64,000 nucleotides of DNA from Octopus vulgaris. Its lineage: Eukaryota. Position 1 is the first letter of the stretch. The number at the start of each line of letters is the position of its first letter. Below, piece by piece: positions 40,901 through 56,489 of this stretch. The notes under the pieces are model-generated. The model was not told the DNA's origin, did no database searches, and worked only from the letters and a program-made list of their open reading frames with translations. Where the stretch lies: positions 38,936,001-39,000,000 of the forward strand of contig OX597814.1 in the NCBI GenBank assembly GCA_951406725.2, given 5' to 3'. The position numbers and the translations under genes were made by a program.

Positions 40901-41609
40901 CACGCGTAACTATTTTCGAAAAAGACAGTGTATATCAAGACAATTAAATGTTTAATAATATTTAAACAATAAAACGTCTTATATATTTCTTCTACTATAG
41001 CAGAATTTCGAACGTAAGCTATTTTCAGCATCAAGAATAGCAATGTATTTAAAGTGAAGAAAAATCGGAATTGCCGGAAAGGTCCGACTAGTGAATATTC
41101 TTAAACGTTTGGTTTATTGAATAAAGTCCTTTAAACATATATAAAACTTATTTTCCATGAATTAAGTAACAGAGATAGTAACATAAATAGTAACACAAAA
41201 TAACATTATTTAGTAGCAGCAAATAAAGATTTCAAATGTAAAAATAATTATTCTTTAAGAAGATTTTACTGTCAAGGAGTTGAAAAACATTACATAATCA
41301 TACATTGATTTAATTTCCACAGAAATGTTATATACAAGGGAAGTAAAACCAGGATCAATTTGAATAGACAATATGAACAATCTGAAATGGAAAAGTTAAT
41401 TTCACACTTTAAATTTAGGACATACACACTAAAGACCTTGTTGTAATGTGTGGAAATGCTTATTTCTGTTTGATCTTTAAAAGTGAGGTTCTCGAGTATA
41501 TAGGCATATACACACACATATATACAGATAAGTATCTACTTATATGTTTATATTATATATATGTATTCGTCTTTGAGTGTGTCCGTGTGTGGTTGTAACA
41601 GTATGTGTG

Positions 41610-43440
41610 CACGGATCGGCTGAAAAGTTCTCAGGCTGGCAAAATTACCATCATAGAATGTGTCCAAATCAGGTTTATTTTTTAATATAATCCCGCTTGG
41701 AGTTCACACACTTCTTCCAACGGCTGCAATCCTTCCAACGGCTTCTCCCAAATGGCTGCAATCCTTGCAGCCATTTTCGAAAGAGTTTATATCCTATTGG
41801 TCAAAGAATCAAATACGACGTAAAAATATTTCGGTACTGATCCATAGCCAAGTGTTTCTCTAATCTAGATGAACAAAGGATAGTCAGATTGAGCCAAATC
41901 AGTAGAATAGTGAGGGTGACAAACTAATCCAAAAACACAATCGCCCACTAGAACCAGTGAAAGCAAGAACTTGTGTGCTGAAGCAATGTTGTGGTGAGAC
42001 AGGACACGTTTTGTCAGTTTTCCTGACATCACCGAGGTGTGCAATACTCTATAGTGACGACGTGACTCTCTTTGAAGACAATCAAAACTACATTTCTTTT
42101 GCAACCCAAAACATGAGGCTGGGGAGGAAGGGTGTTTGCACTGCATGGATTGTATCTTTGTTTCTGGCACAACTTGGGTTCGCAAACGTTCGAGGAAATC
42201 AGTTGGATCTCAGAAAAATAATGTTAGCTTTTTTTCCCATGATGTGATCAGCCTAGTGCACATTTGATCAGGTGTTAGAAAAAGTGGGATCTATAAGGCA
42301 GAAATTTTCATTATGGAAAATCCGTTGTGTAGAATGTTCTCATTTCCTTCTCTCACGAAATATGTTAATGGCATTGGCAATTTGATTCATAATCAATACA
42401 TTATCATTCATCACCATATGATGAACACTGTCAATGTTTCCTTCGGTGGTGACAGTTGCAGGATTTTCAAACATTAGTTTATCTTCAAGACCCTCCCTTC
42501 CCTTTCTATATTCAGCAATTCCCTTTTGCACTGAGATTTTGAGCTCTCATAAGGAGGCGAGTGTAGGTTCCATCCAACCGCCTCTCAAGCTTCTTTGATA
42601 ACGTCCAGGTTTCTGAACCATATAGTAGAATTGGTTCGACTGTGGCTTTGAAGATTTCAAGTTTGAAGTCTCTACTTAGATTTGATGACCAGATCTTATG
42701 CATGTCATTACAGGCTGACCAGGCCAGGGTATGGCCTCGTCAGCCTGTAATGACATGCATAAGATCTGGTCATCAAATCTAAGTAGAGACTTCAAACTTG
42801 AAATCTTCAAAGCCACAGCCGAACAAATTCTACTATATGGTTCAGAAACCTGGACGTTATCAAAGAAGCTTGAAAGGCGGTTGGATGGAACCTACAATCG
42901 CCTCCTTATGAGAGCTCAAAATATCTCGTGGAAGTGCCATCCAACCAAAATGCAAATATATGGGAAATTACCACCTGTGTCATCTCTTGTGAAAGGTAGG
43001 AGAGTCCAGTTTGCTGGACATTGTTGTAGAGCTGAAAAAGAATTAATTTCTACTCTTCTCCTCTGGAAGACATCTACTGGCAATATCAGAGGGCGCACAC
43101 TCTCCTACCCTGATGTAATCTCCAGGGATACAGGCATCCAGAAACAGGACCTCCGTAATGCCATGATGGACCGTGAAGTCTGGCTTAGCATGGTAAATTC
43201 CATTGTCTCTACCACGGTCGAACAATGATGATGATGAAAGCTGTGGCTTCACCCGCTAATGTAGCAACCATATCAACATGAATGTCCTTAGGGGTTACCG
43301 TGTTTTCCAGGTATATGTACCACCACTATTCCAAATTTTGTCTATTTCCCAGAAAAGTGGCTTCTAGTAACATTTCAACATATCTGTCAGATATGAGTTT
43401 ACCTGGAATGATACGATGTAGTCATAATTAAGTGGAGTTG
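41610..43440 (-). mobile_element. Mariner transposon, decayed, interrupted by an RTE insertion
   Basis: TIR CGGCTGAAAAGTTC at 41617. HPHYSTDLAQSDY and QKGIAEYRKGREGLED..PATVTTEGNIDSVHHMVM. N-terminus PKDIHVDMVATL resumes at 43237-43350. Related to 23690-24625. Confidence 0.88.
42533..43236 (+). mobile_element. RTE-clade LINE 3' fragment with fold-back inverted 5' duplication and (TGA)n tail
   Basis: ORF 42731-43228 contains ILLYGSETW..RRVQFAGHC..LLW. 42533-42726 is the reverse complement of 42732-42925. Confidence 0.9.
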
Positions 43441-44439
43441 TAGTAAAATCATTTATGATTTCACAGCTATAGCATCATACTTTCACATTCAAACTCAGAA
43501 ATTTACAACTTATCTTCTTGTGTCTCTTTATGAATTGCAGCCTCCGAAATTATAAATTTTGTTCTACGGCCACATTCTTGTTTGTCTTTGTTTTCTACAT
43601 GGCTACACCATGCAAACATGAAAATTTGCTGAATTTCAATTACCTTCCAATGATCATTATAGAGACTAGCCAAGTTACTAAATGTAGACGTATTCTAAAA
43701 TGTTTATGATAAACAAAACTGAATGATAAATTCTCAAGTTTAACATTGTATTCATTACTTTCCTCTCCCTTCGAAATTCTCATACATCGAATGGAAGAAT
43801 GAAAGCAAAGATAACCCTCATTATTATCTTCAATAATTTTGCCCCTTCTCCATTTCCTCTTCTTGTGCATATTGCTTCACTATATATATATATAATAATT
43901 TACTGAATCTCCTAAAAAGAGCAGTTAAATCCAAGAATAAAAATATAATTCTAAATGCACGCCGATATTGACACTAGAATGAACAAAATCATTATTAGTT
44001 AATCCCATACTCGAGTTTCCCTATTAATAAACAAATAATCTAATGTTATCCATAGTTCATCAGTGGGATCGGTAAAAAGATACATCATTATGTAGCTTCT
44101 TGCATACTGAATAAACACATGCTAGCTCAATAGTTATACATTATGGATTCAAAGCAAGAGAGGAAGCGCAGTTACATAGCTAGCAGTAAATAATGAATTT
44201 AAACTGCTTACTATATGGCCTAAGCATTAGGAAAATTTTACTATGTAAATTATAGGAGTAAAAAATTAGCATAATTTATTACCAGTGGTTCACATGCGTA
44301 ATAAATGTTTTAACACAGCACATTGTCATACATAAAAGTGCATTTGTTTTCGTGGTTTGGGTGTAACTGCACTTTTTGGCATGTAAAAAGTCCTGTCAAG
44401 GATGTTCTGTCTGTATATAAATCTTAATACACTCTGGTT

Positions 44440-45185
44440 TACTTAGTTTATTTAGGATAATGAACAAACCCTATGAAACGAAGAAACATGTACAGAACTT
44501 CATTCGGCGCATGCACTTCTCAGGATATGATGAGAAAGATAGTGTCCGAATATACAAGTGTGCTAGAAAGTAGATAGATAACATTATTTGTAAAGAAACT
44601 AATTTTAGATGTCCTAGATATAGAAGCAAAGACTGGAATAGGATAAAAAGTGCTTGTGACAAAGAAAAATAGGGAGAACATGTGGTTTAAAACCGGCAAA
44701 TATGAAGGAGTTATGTTTGTAGGGGCCACAGACCATGCAGAGCTAGCACGTAGATAAAAAATTGTTGAAAAGCCAGGGAACTCCATCAGATCATAACAAT
44801 GTAAGACGTACCTCTTTGAGAATACCGCATGCTCCAATGATAACAGCATGATATGTAGGATTTGCCCTGGCATTAACTGTAGAACTAGAAATGTAGTCTA
44901 CAGCATAAAACGTGTTTGTAAAGACATGAACAGGACATACATAGGGGAGGCATCTAGGAGCATTGCGGAAAGACTAAATTATCATTGGAGACAATAAAAC
45001 GACGAAAAAAAAAAATCCTCCATACTCTACCAACATACCAAGGACCAACATGAAGACAACCTAGGTCAACTTGACAGCTGCATTTTATCCAAGCACCCGA
45101 AAGACCTAACACTCAGAGAAATACAGGAGTACAGCCTCATAAATGCATCGTCTCCAGTATTAAATAGGAAATATACGTAGCAGAT
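44440..45185 (+). mobile_element. Second PLE family, decayed thumb plus GIY-YIG
   Basis: RRMHFSGYDEK..WFKTGKYEGVMFV..CRICPGINCRTRNVVYSIK..TYIGEASRSIAERLNYH..LYQH..LREIQE..PVLNRK. Confidence 0.8.
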
Positions 45186-45281
45186 AATAATACCTCTATA
45201 CTTACAGTTTATATTTATATGCAGGTAGAATAGTTAGTAGGCTGTTACGGAGATGTATGCATGTGTGTGTTTGTGTGTGTG

Positions 45282-45326
<45 letters not shown>

Positions 45327-46008
45327 CATGTGTGTAGGCGATTGGATATGGAAGAAAGCAGATAGATATACTTATAGATAGGTACACAAGTAATAGGAGC
45401 TGACAAGCACACATACACACACATACGCAATTGGAGACTGAAACACATGGCCATATACAAACAGATTTCACTTCACACAAGTACACATATGGAGACACAC
45501 ATCCACACATGCATACACAGACACAGTACATAGTCATAAAAACCCATACACATACAGACACACGCAGACATGCACATACTAGGAGAGAGAGTTACACACA
45601 CATGCAAACGCACAGACACGAATGCACAAACACAAAAACACATGAATATGCAGAATACATACACATGTATATAAATACTTACATATATACATACGCACAC
45701 GCACACATTCATACACGCATATGCATACTTACATGCATGCATACATACATGTGTAAGCGCTCACACAGTTACCCACACACATGCGCACAAACGATCAAAA
45801 AGAACGCAACTTGAATAACGAACAGAGTATACAACTACTGAAAATGTTGCAAGACGCAACGAAATTTTAGTAAAATGAATATGTAACTGAATGGAAACTT
45901 TGCCGGTGAGTGTGATAAATCACAAGGCACTAAAAAAGAATGACTCTCCCCAGACAACAGAATATGCTTCAGCACACGAACCCACATGTTGCAAACCAAA
46001 TCCGAAAA

Positions 46009-46060
<52 letters not shown>

Positions 46061-47069
46061 TTATATACATACAAAATGTGTATGTGTATTGGTATATTTA
46101 TAAGTATATAGTATACGCTTGCGCACATATGTGCATACGTTACGATACACACAAACATACATATACCCGCATGCGTGTATGTGTGCCTCTTTGTACAAGT
46201 GAATATATGTATGTATGTGTGTGTGAGTGTTTGTGTCGGTGGTTTTGTTTGTTAAAATGACAATGTAAAAAATGTTTCAAATATAGAACTTTGAAGTGAT
46301 TCTCAAAATGCTCTTTTGATTAAAAATCAATTTAAGAATAAACAAACCGAATTTTTCCATCTGCATCTAAATAATCATGACGAATAGCGTAAAAAATGAA
46401 GTAGTGTCTCTAATATGAATGTTAAAGAGAAAGTGACCGAAAAACCCGAAATCTTTGTAACAGCTGAAAATATTTCCACCACTTCAGTGAAGAGCAGATG
46501 CAAAATAAATTGTTTCTTTAATTTCCAATTAGTGGGCGAAGTTCATTAATGGGTAAAGTTCATTGGAGTTTTATGCAAAATCCACCTTTGAGAAAATAGA
46601 AAAAGTAAGGAAAGAAACATTTATGATTTAGATACAAGATGTAAAATTCTCGTATCAGGTTCAATTATATCTCAATCTATGCATTTTTGTTATGTTGTAT
46701 GAACAAGTTCAAATCACGGAATATGTTCTGTTTTTTTTTTTTTGTAACTAATTCAATTACCATGATGTCGATGTTATATGTATGTGTGTATATCATTATT
46801 TAGATTTATTTCCAGAGATTTTGCCAATAGAAAAAGAGTCAGTATCTCACCTAGATCCAAGAGTTTTTAATTGGGATTTCAATTTTTCAATAGCATCAAC
46901 AGGGTATTTAGCATGTATATGTGCAGTATTTGGAATCAGTACATATGCAGATTCGTATGTTTTGTTTAGTGCATTGTATTCTTATCCGTATATACATATG
47001 TATATATATGTGTGTGTGTATATATATGTGTGTATATATATATATACATATATATGTATGTATCATATA

Positions 47070-47100
<31 letters not shown>

Positions 47101-47493
47101 GTATATAGACACATGCATATATTATTTTGATTCCATCCACTCGTGACGACTACTGACATTTGGGAATATTGTTCGTTCTAGGGGTAACATGTTTTGCATA
47201 CATGAATACAAACATTGCAAACCAAGCTTTTCCTCCTTTCACTATGTAGATTTATAGTAGAATTCCAATTAGATAAAGGTAAAAAGAAAAAAAAAAAACA
47301 ACATAAACTCTGTGTTGATTACTGGGATAAGATTAACGGTGGAATGGGAAAATGAAGAATTATTCAATGGAAACGGAAACTTCGTTTTCTTTAATCATTA
47401 GAGATGTGTTAAGGACTGTAATAAATATACACTCCGACTTTCCTCCATCCACTATAAATGCCGTTCTCATGCTAGCGAGAATTGTAGGACACA

Positions 47494-48321
47494 TATACGA
47501 GATAGTATCAAACATTTCCCGAGTTAGTTGAGTGTTTACTTCACAAGTTCCGAAATCTGTGCTTTTGTGATCATGTGTATACTGTAGTCTGCAATTTTGT
47601 CATGGACAGGAAGAGAGGGCTAACACAAAATTTATTGTTAAACATGTGAGGTCTGCTACAAAGATATTTGAGCGTGTTTCTGCAAGTCTATGGCGAGGAG
47701 TTAAAGTGTGGTGCGCAATGTTTCGAGGGGCAAGGTCGCTTGAAAAGTAGAAGAACCTACCAATAAGTAATCTATAAGACCTGCCACGAACGTCACTACC
47801 GGAAATGTAGTATTGCGCATCGAGAATTCGTCACCCAGAACCAGACCGTCAATTGAGTGTTCTACTGCGATGTTTTCAAGCGTTTGTGGGAGGACATTCT
47901 GTGAAAGCAACCGGATCCGTGGCGCGCGAAGAATTGAATTATTCACAACGACAATACGTCCTAACGTCGAGCTCTCCTCATTCGCCAAAAAAACAAAAAA
48001 CACAAAAAAAGACATGGTATCTCTCCGCATCCACTCAGTTCAACAGATTGAGCACCGGCAGACTTCCATCTCTTCCCCAAGATAATAGCTCAAAGGTTTC
48101 CGTTTTAACACCGTCATCGACATCAAAAGCTAATCGCAGATCTTCGACTCGCTCACAGAAAATGACTTCGGGGCCGGATTCCAAAACTGGTAGGAATGCT
48201 GCAACCGTTGTGTTGCTGCGCAAGGTGAGTTTTTCGAAGATGATGATGATGGTAAATCTTAGCTAAGAAACAACTTATTGAACATAACTAGTCCTGGAAC
48301 TTTTTGGTACCACGTCGTATA
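47494..48321 (+). mobile_element. Internally deleted mariner with both TIRs and TA ends
   Basis: TIRs TATACGAGATAGTATCAAACATTTCCCGAGTTAGTT / AACTAGTCCTGGAACTTTTTGGTACCACGTCGTATA. Remnants QEERANTKF, FYCDVFKRL..IIHNDN and APADFHLFPK. Confidence 0.88.
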
Positions 48322-48392
48322 TATTCAGTAAATAGAGAGGACACACTGACAGATGTGCACACGCACACATATTCACACTGATACACACTGAT

Positions 48393-48424
<32 letters not shown>

Positions 48425-48769
48425 ATATGTTATAAAATGAAGATACGAGTGGTGTCTTCTGGATTCATTCTGGATACTAGCTACCAATTGTATATCCGTA
48501 GATTGCTTATCTTTGGGAGGAAAATTATCCATACAAGCTGACCTTCCACATTCAACTAGATTAGTCCCAGAGTGTTAATACATTAAATCAAAGCCTGGGG
48601 TTTATTTTATTATCTCTAATTCTGGAGTTACAATTGTTTGATTAGAACTTCGGAAATCCATTTATTGTTTTAGACTTCGTCTTAAGAATTACACATGGAT
48701 ACTTTCAAAAATGTATGTGTCCATATGATTTTAAGATTATGATGTCATTTAATATTGGTTTTAAATTTT

Positions 48770-49192
48770 AGAACAAGGTCAATAATTTTGGAGGAGGGGA
48801 TGATATCAATTACATTGACACCACTGCTCGACTAGTACTTACTTTATCGACCCTGGAGGGAGGAAAGGCAAAGTTTACTTCTGCAGAATTTGAACTTAGA
48901 AAGTAAAGATGCATGAAATGCCTCTAAGTACTTGGCCCAGGATTCTGACAATTCTGCCATGGCGCTGCCTTAAAGTATAATATCTCAAATTTTGCAGAAG
49001 TCCTGGATTTAGCCGGAAAGGCAGAATCGATAACATTAGACCCAGTGCTTAACTGGTACATATTTTATCGATCTTGAAAGGATGGAACTCAAGGACTATC
49101 TTACTGTAATTTGAACTCAGAACATAGCGTCGGAAGAATTGCTGCAAAATATTTTTTGCGGCACCCTGATGTTTCTGTCAGCTCACCGCCTT
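48770..49192 (-). mobile_element. Two tandem copies of SINE family C
   Basis: Both contain TTTATCGA(C/T)C..GA.GG(A/C)AA..GAATTTGAACT(T/C)AGAA and end in CTGCCA/CTGTCAGCTC..GCCTT. Confidence 0.8.
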
Positions 49193-49388
49193 TAATCGTA
49201 TTAATATTAATATAAATGACCAGGTAATAACCTTCTATAGTACTCTTGATAGGTTTGTAACTACTGAATGAATGATGATACCATAACTTCCAGATTTTCC
49301 TTTAACGCATACGTAGAGGTATATATACTTTTGTCAGTATACACACGCCCGCAAGCCTACGAACACATACAAACACTCACACACATCA

Positions 49389-49495
49389 CTGGCTGTGTGG
49401 GAAGAAGCTTGCTTCCAAACCCTATGTTTCTGTGTTCAGTCCCACTGTGTAGCAACTTGGGCAAATGACTTCTACTAAATCCTCGGGCCAAGCAA
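49389..49495 (+). mobile_element. SINE family A 5' fragment with an intact (empty) target site
   Basis: TGGCTGTGTGGGAAGAAGCTTGCTTCCAAACC..GTTCAGTCCCACTG..CTTGGGCAAATG. Confidence 0.8.
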
Positions 49496-49552
49496 AACAC
49501 ACCCATATACACATATATATCTATGCATGCTTATATATATATATATATAATC

Positions 49553-49840
49553 ATGGCTCAGTGAGGCAGTGAGTTCGATTCCCAGACAGGGCTGCGTGTT
49601 GTGCACTTTATTTCACGTTGCTCCAGTTCACTGAGTTGTAGAAATTAATTGCTAATCACTGATGCCGAGCTGTATCGACCCTTTGCTTTTCTCTTTGATA
49701 ACAACACTGGTGTAGAGAGCGGAGGTTGGTATTCATGGGCTGACCTTCCACAAACAACCTTGCCCCGGTGTGTACTTCGCAGGGTAACATGTTAGCACTC
49801 TAGGTGCAATCCCATTGTCATTCATGACCGAAGTGGGTCT
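49553..49840 (+). mobile_element. SINE family B
   Basis: ATGGCTCAGTG..GAGTTCGATTCCC..CACTTTATTTCACGTTGCTCCAGTTCAC; homologous to 14790-14988. Confidence 0.8.
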
Positions 49841-52800
49841 AAGTTAAACATGTGTGTGTGTGCGCGCGCGTCTCTGTGTGTGTTTTGTGTGTCCAGTTCC
49901 ATGTAAAAATCGAATTCTGACCAATATCCATACAACGTCTATAAAAATTACCTGAAACAAACATTTCACAATTGATACTTACTTTCACTCTTTCCTCCCA
50001 TATGTAAATCTGTGTGTTCATATCATGACTTAACCTACATTTCTCGTGTTTTGTATCGGTGTTGTTGGTGTAAATGTACGTCAACCGTGGACGAGCTGAT
50101 CGAGACTATGCCACTGACAATTTTAATATTACACAAATATTATGCGTTCTTCTACAACCCTACCGTAATAAAATGCTTTCGATGCAGTGAGTTAATATGG
50201 AATGGCTACATTTCTATAGATTGGCCAAATTACACCTCCTTGTTTATGTTTGTCATACTATGGCTGGTTTTTTTCTTAGACTTTCCAGCAAGAAGACAAT
50301 CTAAACGCTTCCACTCTTGTCTATTCTCTATTTTTGCAGATATATTGTATCCTTGAGTGAATTATCCAAATTCTCTAATGCGTCTTTTCTTTTCATAAGA
50401 CAGAATAGTTTTTATTTGTGAAGTATTACGACTAATTTGGATGTAGGAATATTTGACAAATCATCTAATCTGGAATTAAGACCGATATGATAATATAAAT
50501 GAATAATACCTTATCCAAAATGTTATTATTATCTCACACTAATATCTTCGGCGTAGATTACAGATTACTCATTCTTTATTTTGATAATCGTTCTGTCTGT
50601 AAATAATGTTGAATGCCAGAATGTGTGCGTAATCTTCTAGTTTTACAAATGATATAAGCAGTCACATACAAATAAAATTGGAAGGAATAGCAAAGGAGAT
50701 TGTGTTTCAAGACGAGATCTTATAATTTTATTTCATAGTTGTTCGAGGTCCAATGTATTGAGTTTTGCATGTTGTTGCCAGTTTAGTTAATGAGAATAAA
50801 TTAATGCGAGGCACCATAATCTAATTCCTACGTATGCCGGTGATTGCTGTCCATTAGAGAGTTTATTTCGTAATGTTGTAATTTGTTCAGCTTAAATTGC
50901 ATTTTAGCTCGTAATCCCAAATCTGCGGGACTGTTAATTAAATTTTGAAGCAGGGAAATTGGATGCATTGTCATAGGTAGTTAGCTACGTTGGTCTAAGA
51001 TCTAATGACATATTTCTTACTGCACTTTCCCCCAAAATAATACATTATCAACTGATATTATAGGGAGTTAGTCGTTGGAAGAAATAAAGTAAACTCTCAG
51101 CTGTTATTGTTGTATAAGCCCAATTCCTGATATTATGAACACCGTAGAATAGAAGAACTAATATAAAATGTCTTTATAGTTAATTACCTCTAATGTGTTT
51201 CTGGATTATAAGTATTGCCGGATTGTGTCTGAGACATTAGATAATAGTTTTAAAAACGAATAACGATTTTACACAAATGTCTGGCTTATTCGCAAAACTA
51301 TTGCTAAAGAGGTTGAAAAAGATCGCAGTGAAATGACCACATGAGCCACATTTCTGATATTCCTATTAACTGAGATTCGTATTTGCACATGTAGGAAACA
51401 AACTTTTTATGAAGTTACCCGCATCTACTGCAGTTTGTGAGCTGGTCTATTGCTTAATTTAAGTGTACATAACATAGTAGTGTACGTAAGTGTAACATTT
51501 GAGAGAAATCGTCAATATAGCTGTAAAATAGCAATCACATTTCTGCGTCATGCATTGATTACAGCAATGACATGAATGCACCTCTTAAGACCAAGTCATT
51601 TACTTCAAATATTTCTCTAATAACTCTCGTAGTTAGATTTTCGCAACACTATCGCAAATTTATCACTTCTTAAAAGCTGTATACGCTATAATTTAAGTAA
51701 ATTGTATGCATATATGTGTTTAAAATTTCTTTTTTCACAAAGAAATATTTAATAGTATTTTCAAATTTGTAGCAAGTCACTAACAGGTATGTCAAGTTGG
51801 TATTTTTTAAGATTTTATTTCAAAAGTACTTCATTTCATAAAAACGAAAAAAATAACGCTAAAGAAAAACATTGTTCAGGAATATATGCAATATTGTATC
51901 TAGTTCTATTGTTTAATTCTGGCTTTAAATGACATAGGATTAGATTAATGAATTGTATAAAGATTTTGCTTATATATATTCTGTGTATGATTAATAATAT
52001 TGCTGTAGAAATCAGAGATTTTTTTCAAATAATTTTCCACGCTGTTGATTATAACAAATATCATGATTATTGTGGATGTAATGAATACGGTGAAGATTAA
52101 TCTAACAATGATAATGGAGTGCTATACTCACATCATAAATATTAAAGAAATGGCAGAGGTAATGTTTATAATGATATCAATAGTAGTGAAAATGATTGAG
52201 ATGTCGTAAATGATGATGATATACTATAGACATGTAAATCCGAGTTATAATTAATGATGATACTTTTGGTTATAAAAAATGAGCAACCTACAACGAGGAT
52301 TTTGGTGACTTTCCAAGTTATTTATACTGATATTAATTACAATCTTGCATTCAATCACAAACTTATGGAGGAAAATAGTGTAAGAAACAATAAAAAATTA
52401 GAGAGAAGATATTCAAAACTGGGGAACAAAAATAGAACGTATGAAACGTTATTTCATAAAACAAAATTGTAATCTTACTGAAGCGCAAACTTCGAAGTAC
52501 TCTCCACAAACTAATGGTAATGTTAGATGTATTGAGCAGCAACATTGCATTATCATCAAAGAAATCCTAAGTCCAAATGAAGATAAAATATCACAGTCTT
52601 CTTCTTTAAATCAATGAGATAAATTAAGCATGTTCCTCGAAAAATATTCTGAATAATTTTCAAGTAATCTTGAATATGAATATAATTCATTTTTATTTGC
52701 CTTTTTATAGATTTATTTTTTGCATTGACGATAATAATTCAACAAGTGCATTGCCGTTTTAAGATTCAACTTTTGAAAGTTTGCTGAGTAGACAAACAGA

Positions 52801-53322
52801 AGATACTCTAGCATTAACATTAAGACAAAATCTCCGATTTTCAGAGTCGATATTATACACTCCACAGTCTTGTATGTGTAAGCGAATATATATTCAATAT
52901 GAACATAAAAATGATTGTGTGCAGTGTGCCTGTGTCTATCTGACTTTGTGTGGGAATATAGGTATGTGAATATACAAATTGCATTACTTTCGGACTTCAA
53001 CATATTTTCCTTCTATTTGACACTCAAGTTATGTTTGGAGGACAGAATATGCCAAAAGGCAGTCGCCCAATGTACAGAAGAATAGTACAAGTACCTTATA
53101 ATTGCAAAGTAATTTTCGCTAGCATTCGGCAATTTTTGTTTCCATAGTTATGCTTCTGTGTGAAAGTATATATATGCACACACGTACTCACACACAGAGA
53201 CACACATGTATACAAACACACATACACACGCAAACACACACACACACACACACGTACGCACACACTGGTACAAACGTATACACACACAAACACTCACACA
53301 CACGTATATATATATATTTATA

Positions 53323-53407
<85 letters not shown>

Positions 53408-53882
53408 CGTGTGTGTGTATATATGTCGAAGTGCGTGCTTGTGTGTCTGCGAGTCTGTGCATATGTGCTTGTTGCGTCTGCGTGCATGAGAGTTTCGTAA
53501 AAGGGAGGAGAATGTTGACTTATGCAACAAAGGACATTGACATATATAAAGATCAATAGTAGAAAATTGTTTTCTAAATTATTCGCTAGATTATATAGTA
53601 TTTTCAGATAATAATCTGCGTAAAGTGTAGCCCTAAAGAAAATATTACATCATCAAATCATCGGAGTTTCAGTAGCAAATGGAAATATATCCTTCCGACT
53701 CACATAAACATTGAACTAAATCCCAATTCTGATGAATCTAGTTTCACATATTTTAGCCGTTCTTGGACAAGGTTGCTTTTCATGACTATACAGAAATAAT
53801 AAATTAAACGCGTTATAATGTATTGTGAATGATTCATTGTTTCTAGATTTCAGAACTCATCACCAGGGAAGATATATACTTT

Positions 53883-54002
<120 letters not shown>

Positions 54003-54930
54003 TTCTAGGTAGTCACTTTAATAAATTAAAAATGCGTAATAAAGAATTCAGTCTGGATTCGTCACTTATAACAGAAAACATACAATACAATACAGACAGC
54101 AGAAATTGTCATTTATACACATGAGAATCGTTCAATATACTCTGTGCTGATAAAAAAATACTTAATATATTATCGGATGTTATTATTCTTTGTATACATA
54201 AATATTTATCAACTTATATTTTTTTCCCAAACTAATTAATTTATATGATTTTAACCTATTTACCCTTTGTACATTTGGATTCATCTATTATCTATACCAC
54301 CATAATATATTTAAACATGTAAATTTAGCTCTTATTATATTATATATCCTTCGCCTGAACCGTATAATCCAACACAGAATTCGAATTTTAAAAATTCTTG
54401 AATTTTTTAATGCTGCTTACAAATTTAAGATTTAAATTACTCTTTTATAACTCCTCTGGGAATACTTCTGATGAGAGAAATGTAGATGTGTGTTATGGTT
54501 GGAGTTAACTCGCCTATATCAACCTATATTATCTTGAAACCGCTGTCAAACACCATACCTGCTAAAGATTCCTCTTACTCTTAAAATCCTTTCATACCAC
54601 GATCTCATCTATTTGGATTACCGCTTTCCATTCACCATGTGCATATTTTAATATCCTCATTGATTTCAATATGGACTTGCAATCCCGAAAGTACATTTAT
54701 GTATTGATATACAGATATACTTATATATCTTTTATATTATATCCTCAATATATGAGTGCACCTATGTATGCCGTGAAGTATTCCGATGCTTTGACATATA
54801 TTGAGTGAATATAAAGTTATTGTTCGCTGTTACTTGGATTAATATTCCTGATGTTCTATAAGAGTACCAATTAATTGTGCTGTGTATGGGGATAATTATC
54901 CTATTTATTTATTCGTTATATATATATATT

Positions 54931-54997
<67 letters not shown>

Positions 54998-55111
54998 ATA
55001 CTTACATACACACACATATATACATACATAAATATATATATGACATATATATATGTATACATATACATACACAAATATATGTGTATATATATGTGTATGT
55101 ATATATATATG

Positions 55112-55198
<87 letters not shown>

Positions 55199-56489
55199 AA
55201 ATGTATACACGATAGCGATTTATGTAGGCAACCACAGCATATAGGCAAGATTTGTGCATCTTTAGAAATAGGTAAAATACTATATCCATACATGCATGGA
55301 TACATTGTCACGCACATGACACAAACACATTTATATATCCATAGATAGGAACACGTTTGCGATTTTGGCACGCTCACGTATATGTAAATATATGCATGTG
55401 TGTTTGCGCAAGGTATATTTTCTTAATAATTGCTCAAACTTGACTTTTAATGAAATCAGTTAATCTAATAAAGCAGAAATTGTAATTTAAATTCCATCTC
55501 AGCAGCAATGATATTACCAGAATAGTAATAGCATTATATAACTGCATTACTATTTCTTTTATTAATGGTTGTTAATTTTTGCTTATTGTGCAGTTGATGT
55601 TTTTTGTGACCCACTCAACATAAGTTCATTTAGTTATTACAGAATTATACGATCATTATCCTATTTTTGTCACCAAGCGTGATGTATTTTGAGTATCTGT
55701 ATTACATATTGTCCGCACTAAAATTTGTTAACTTTGCAGACTGTAGGAGAAGCCATGATATGTCCTTCCGATATAAATACTATTCAATACGCCATTTTGA
55801 ATATATTAATATTTTTGTGTTCCAAGCTATCTCTCATTTCACTAAATCGCTTTCTGAAGTTACCAACTGAGCCAATACACAGAACTATTGTTATGAGATT
55901 GACATTATATACTACTTTGCTTACTAAGGAATTACAATGAAGGTGCACAAATCTGTATTTTGATGTAACAGTTAAGACGGCCACATGACTCAAGGAATGC
56001 TAAGATTGTTATTTTTTTAATTTTACGATATCATTTGTCCTTTATTCGCTGTAAAATTTATAAGTTTATTATTTTTAGTATTATTAGTATTGTACATATT
56101 TCGACGAGACTTATCCTGGTGGTATTTGTATTAATAGTGGTAGTAATGTTTATAGATATAGAGCAGGGTCTACTCACAGAAATATATAGAGAATATAGAT
56201 GTGTTTTGTTTCCACACGTCATAAAGCAACAATTTGGTATATTCCGCTCTGATAAGATATTAGAATATTCGCGTGTCATAATATTATACTAGTATTTTGC
56301 ATGGCATTTTGTATGGAAGGAGGAATGTTTCGCTGCATCTTTTTGTTTTACAACTTCTATCCTTTCCGAAATATATAGCATACGATTTGCAATATTTCTA
56401 TTCAAAAATATATAGGAATAGTTATTCCTATGAAATGTATTGCTCATATATCCACTCAGTGACACAAAGAGGTACGCACACAAATACAT

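Noticed and set aside
50700-51150. Minus-strand LDYGAS and VDNVLFW fragments suggesting an old I-clade LINE
   Set aside because: Too degenerate to distinguish from noise.
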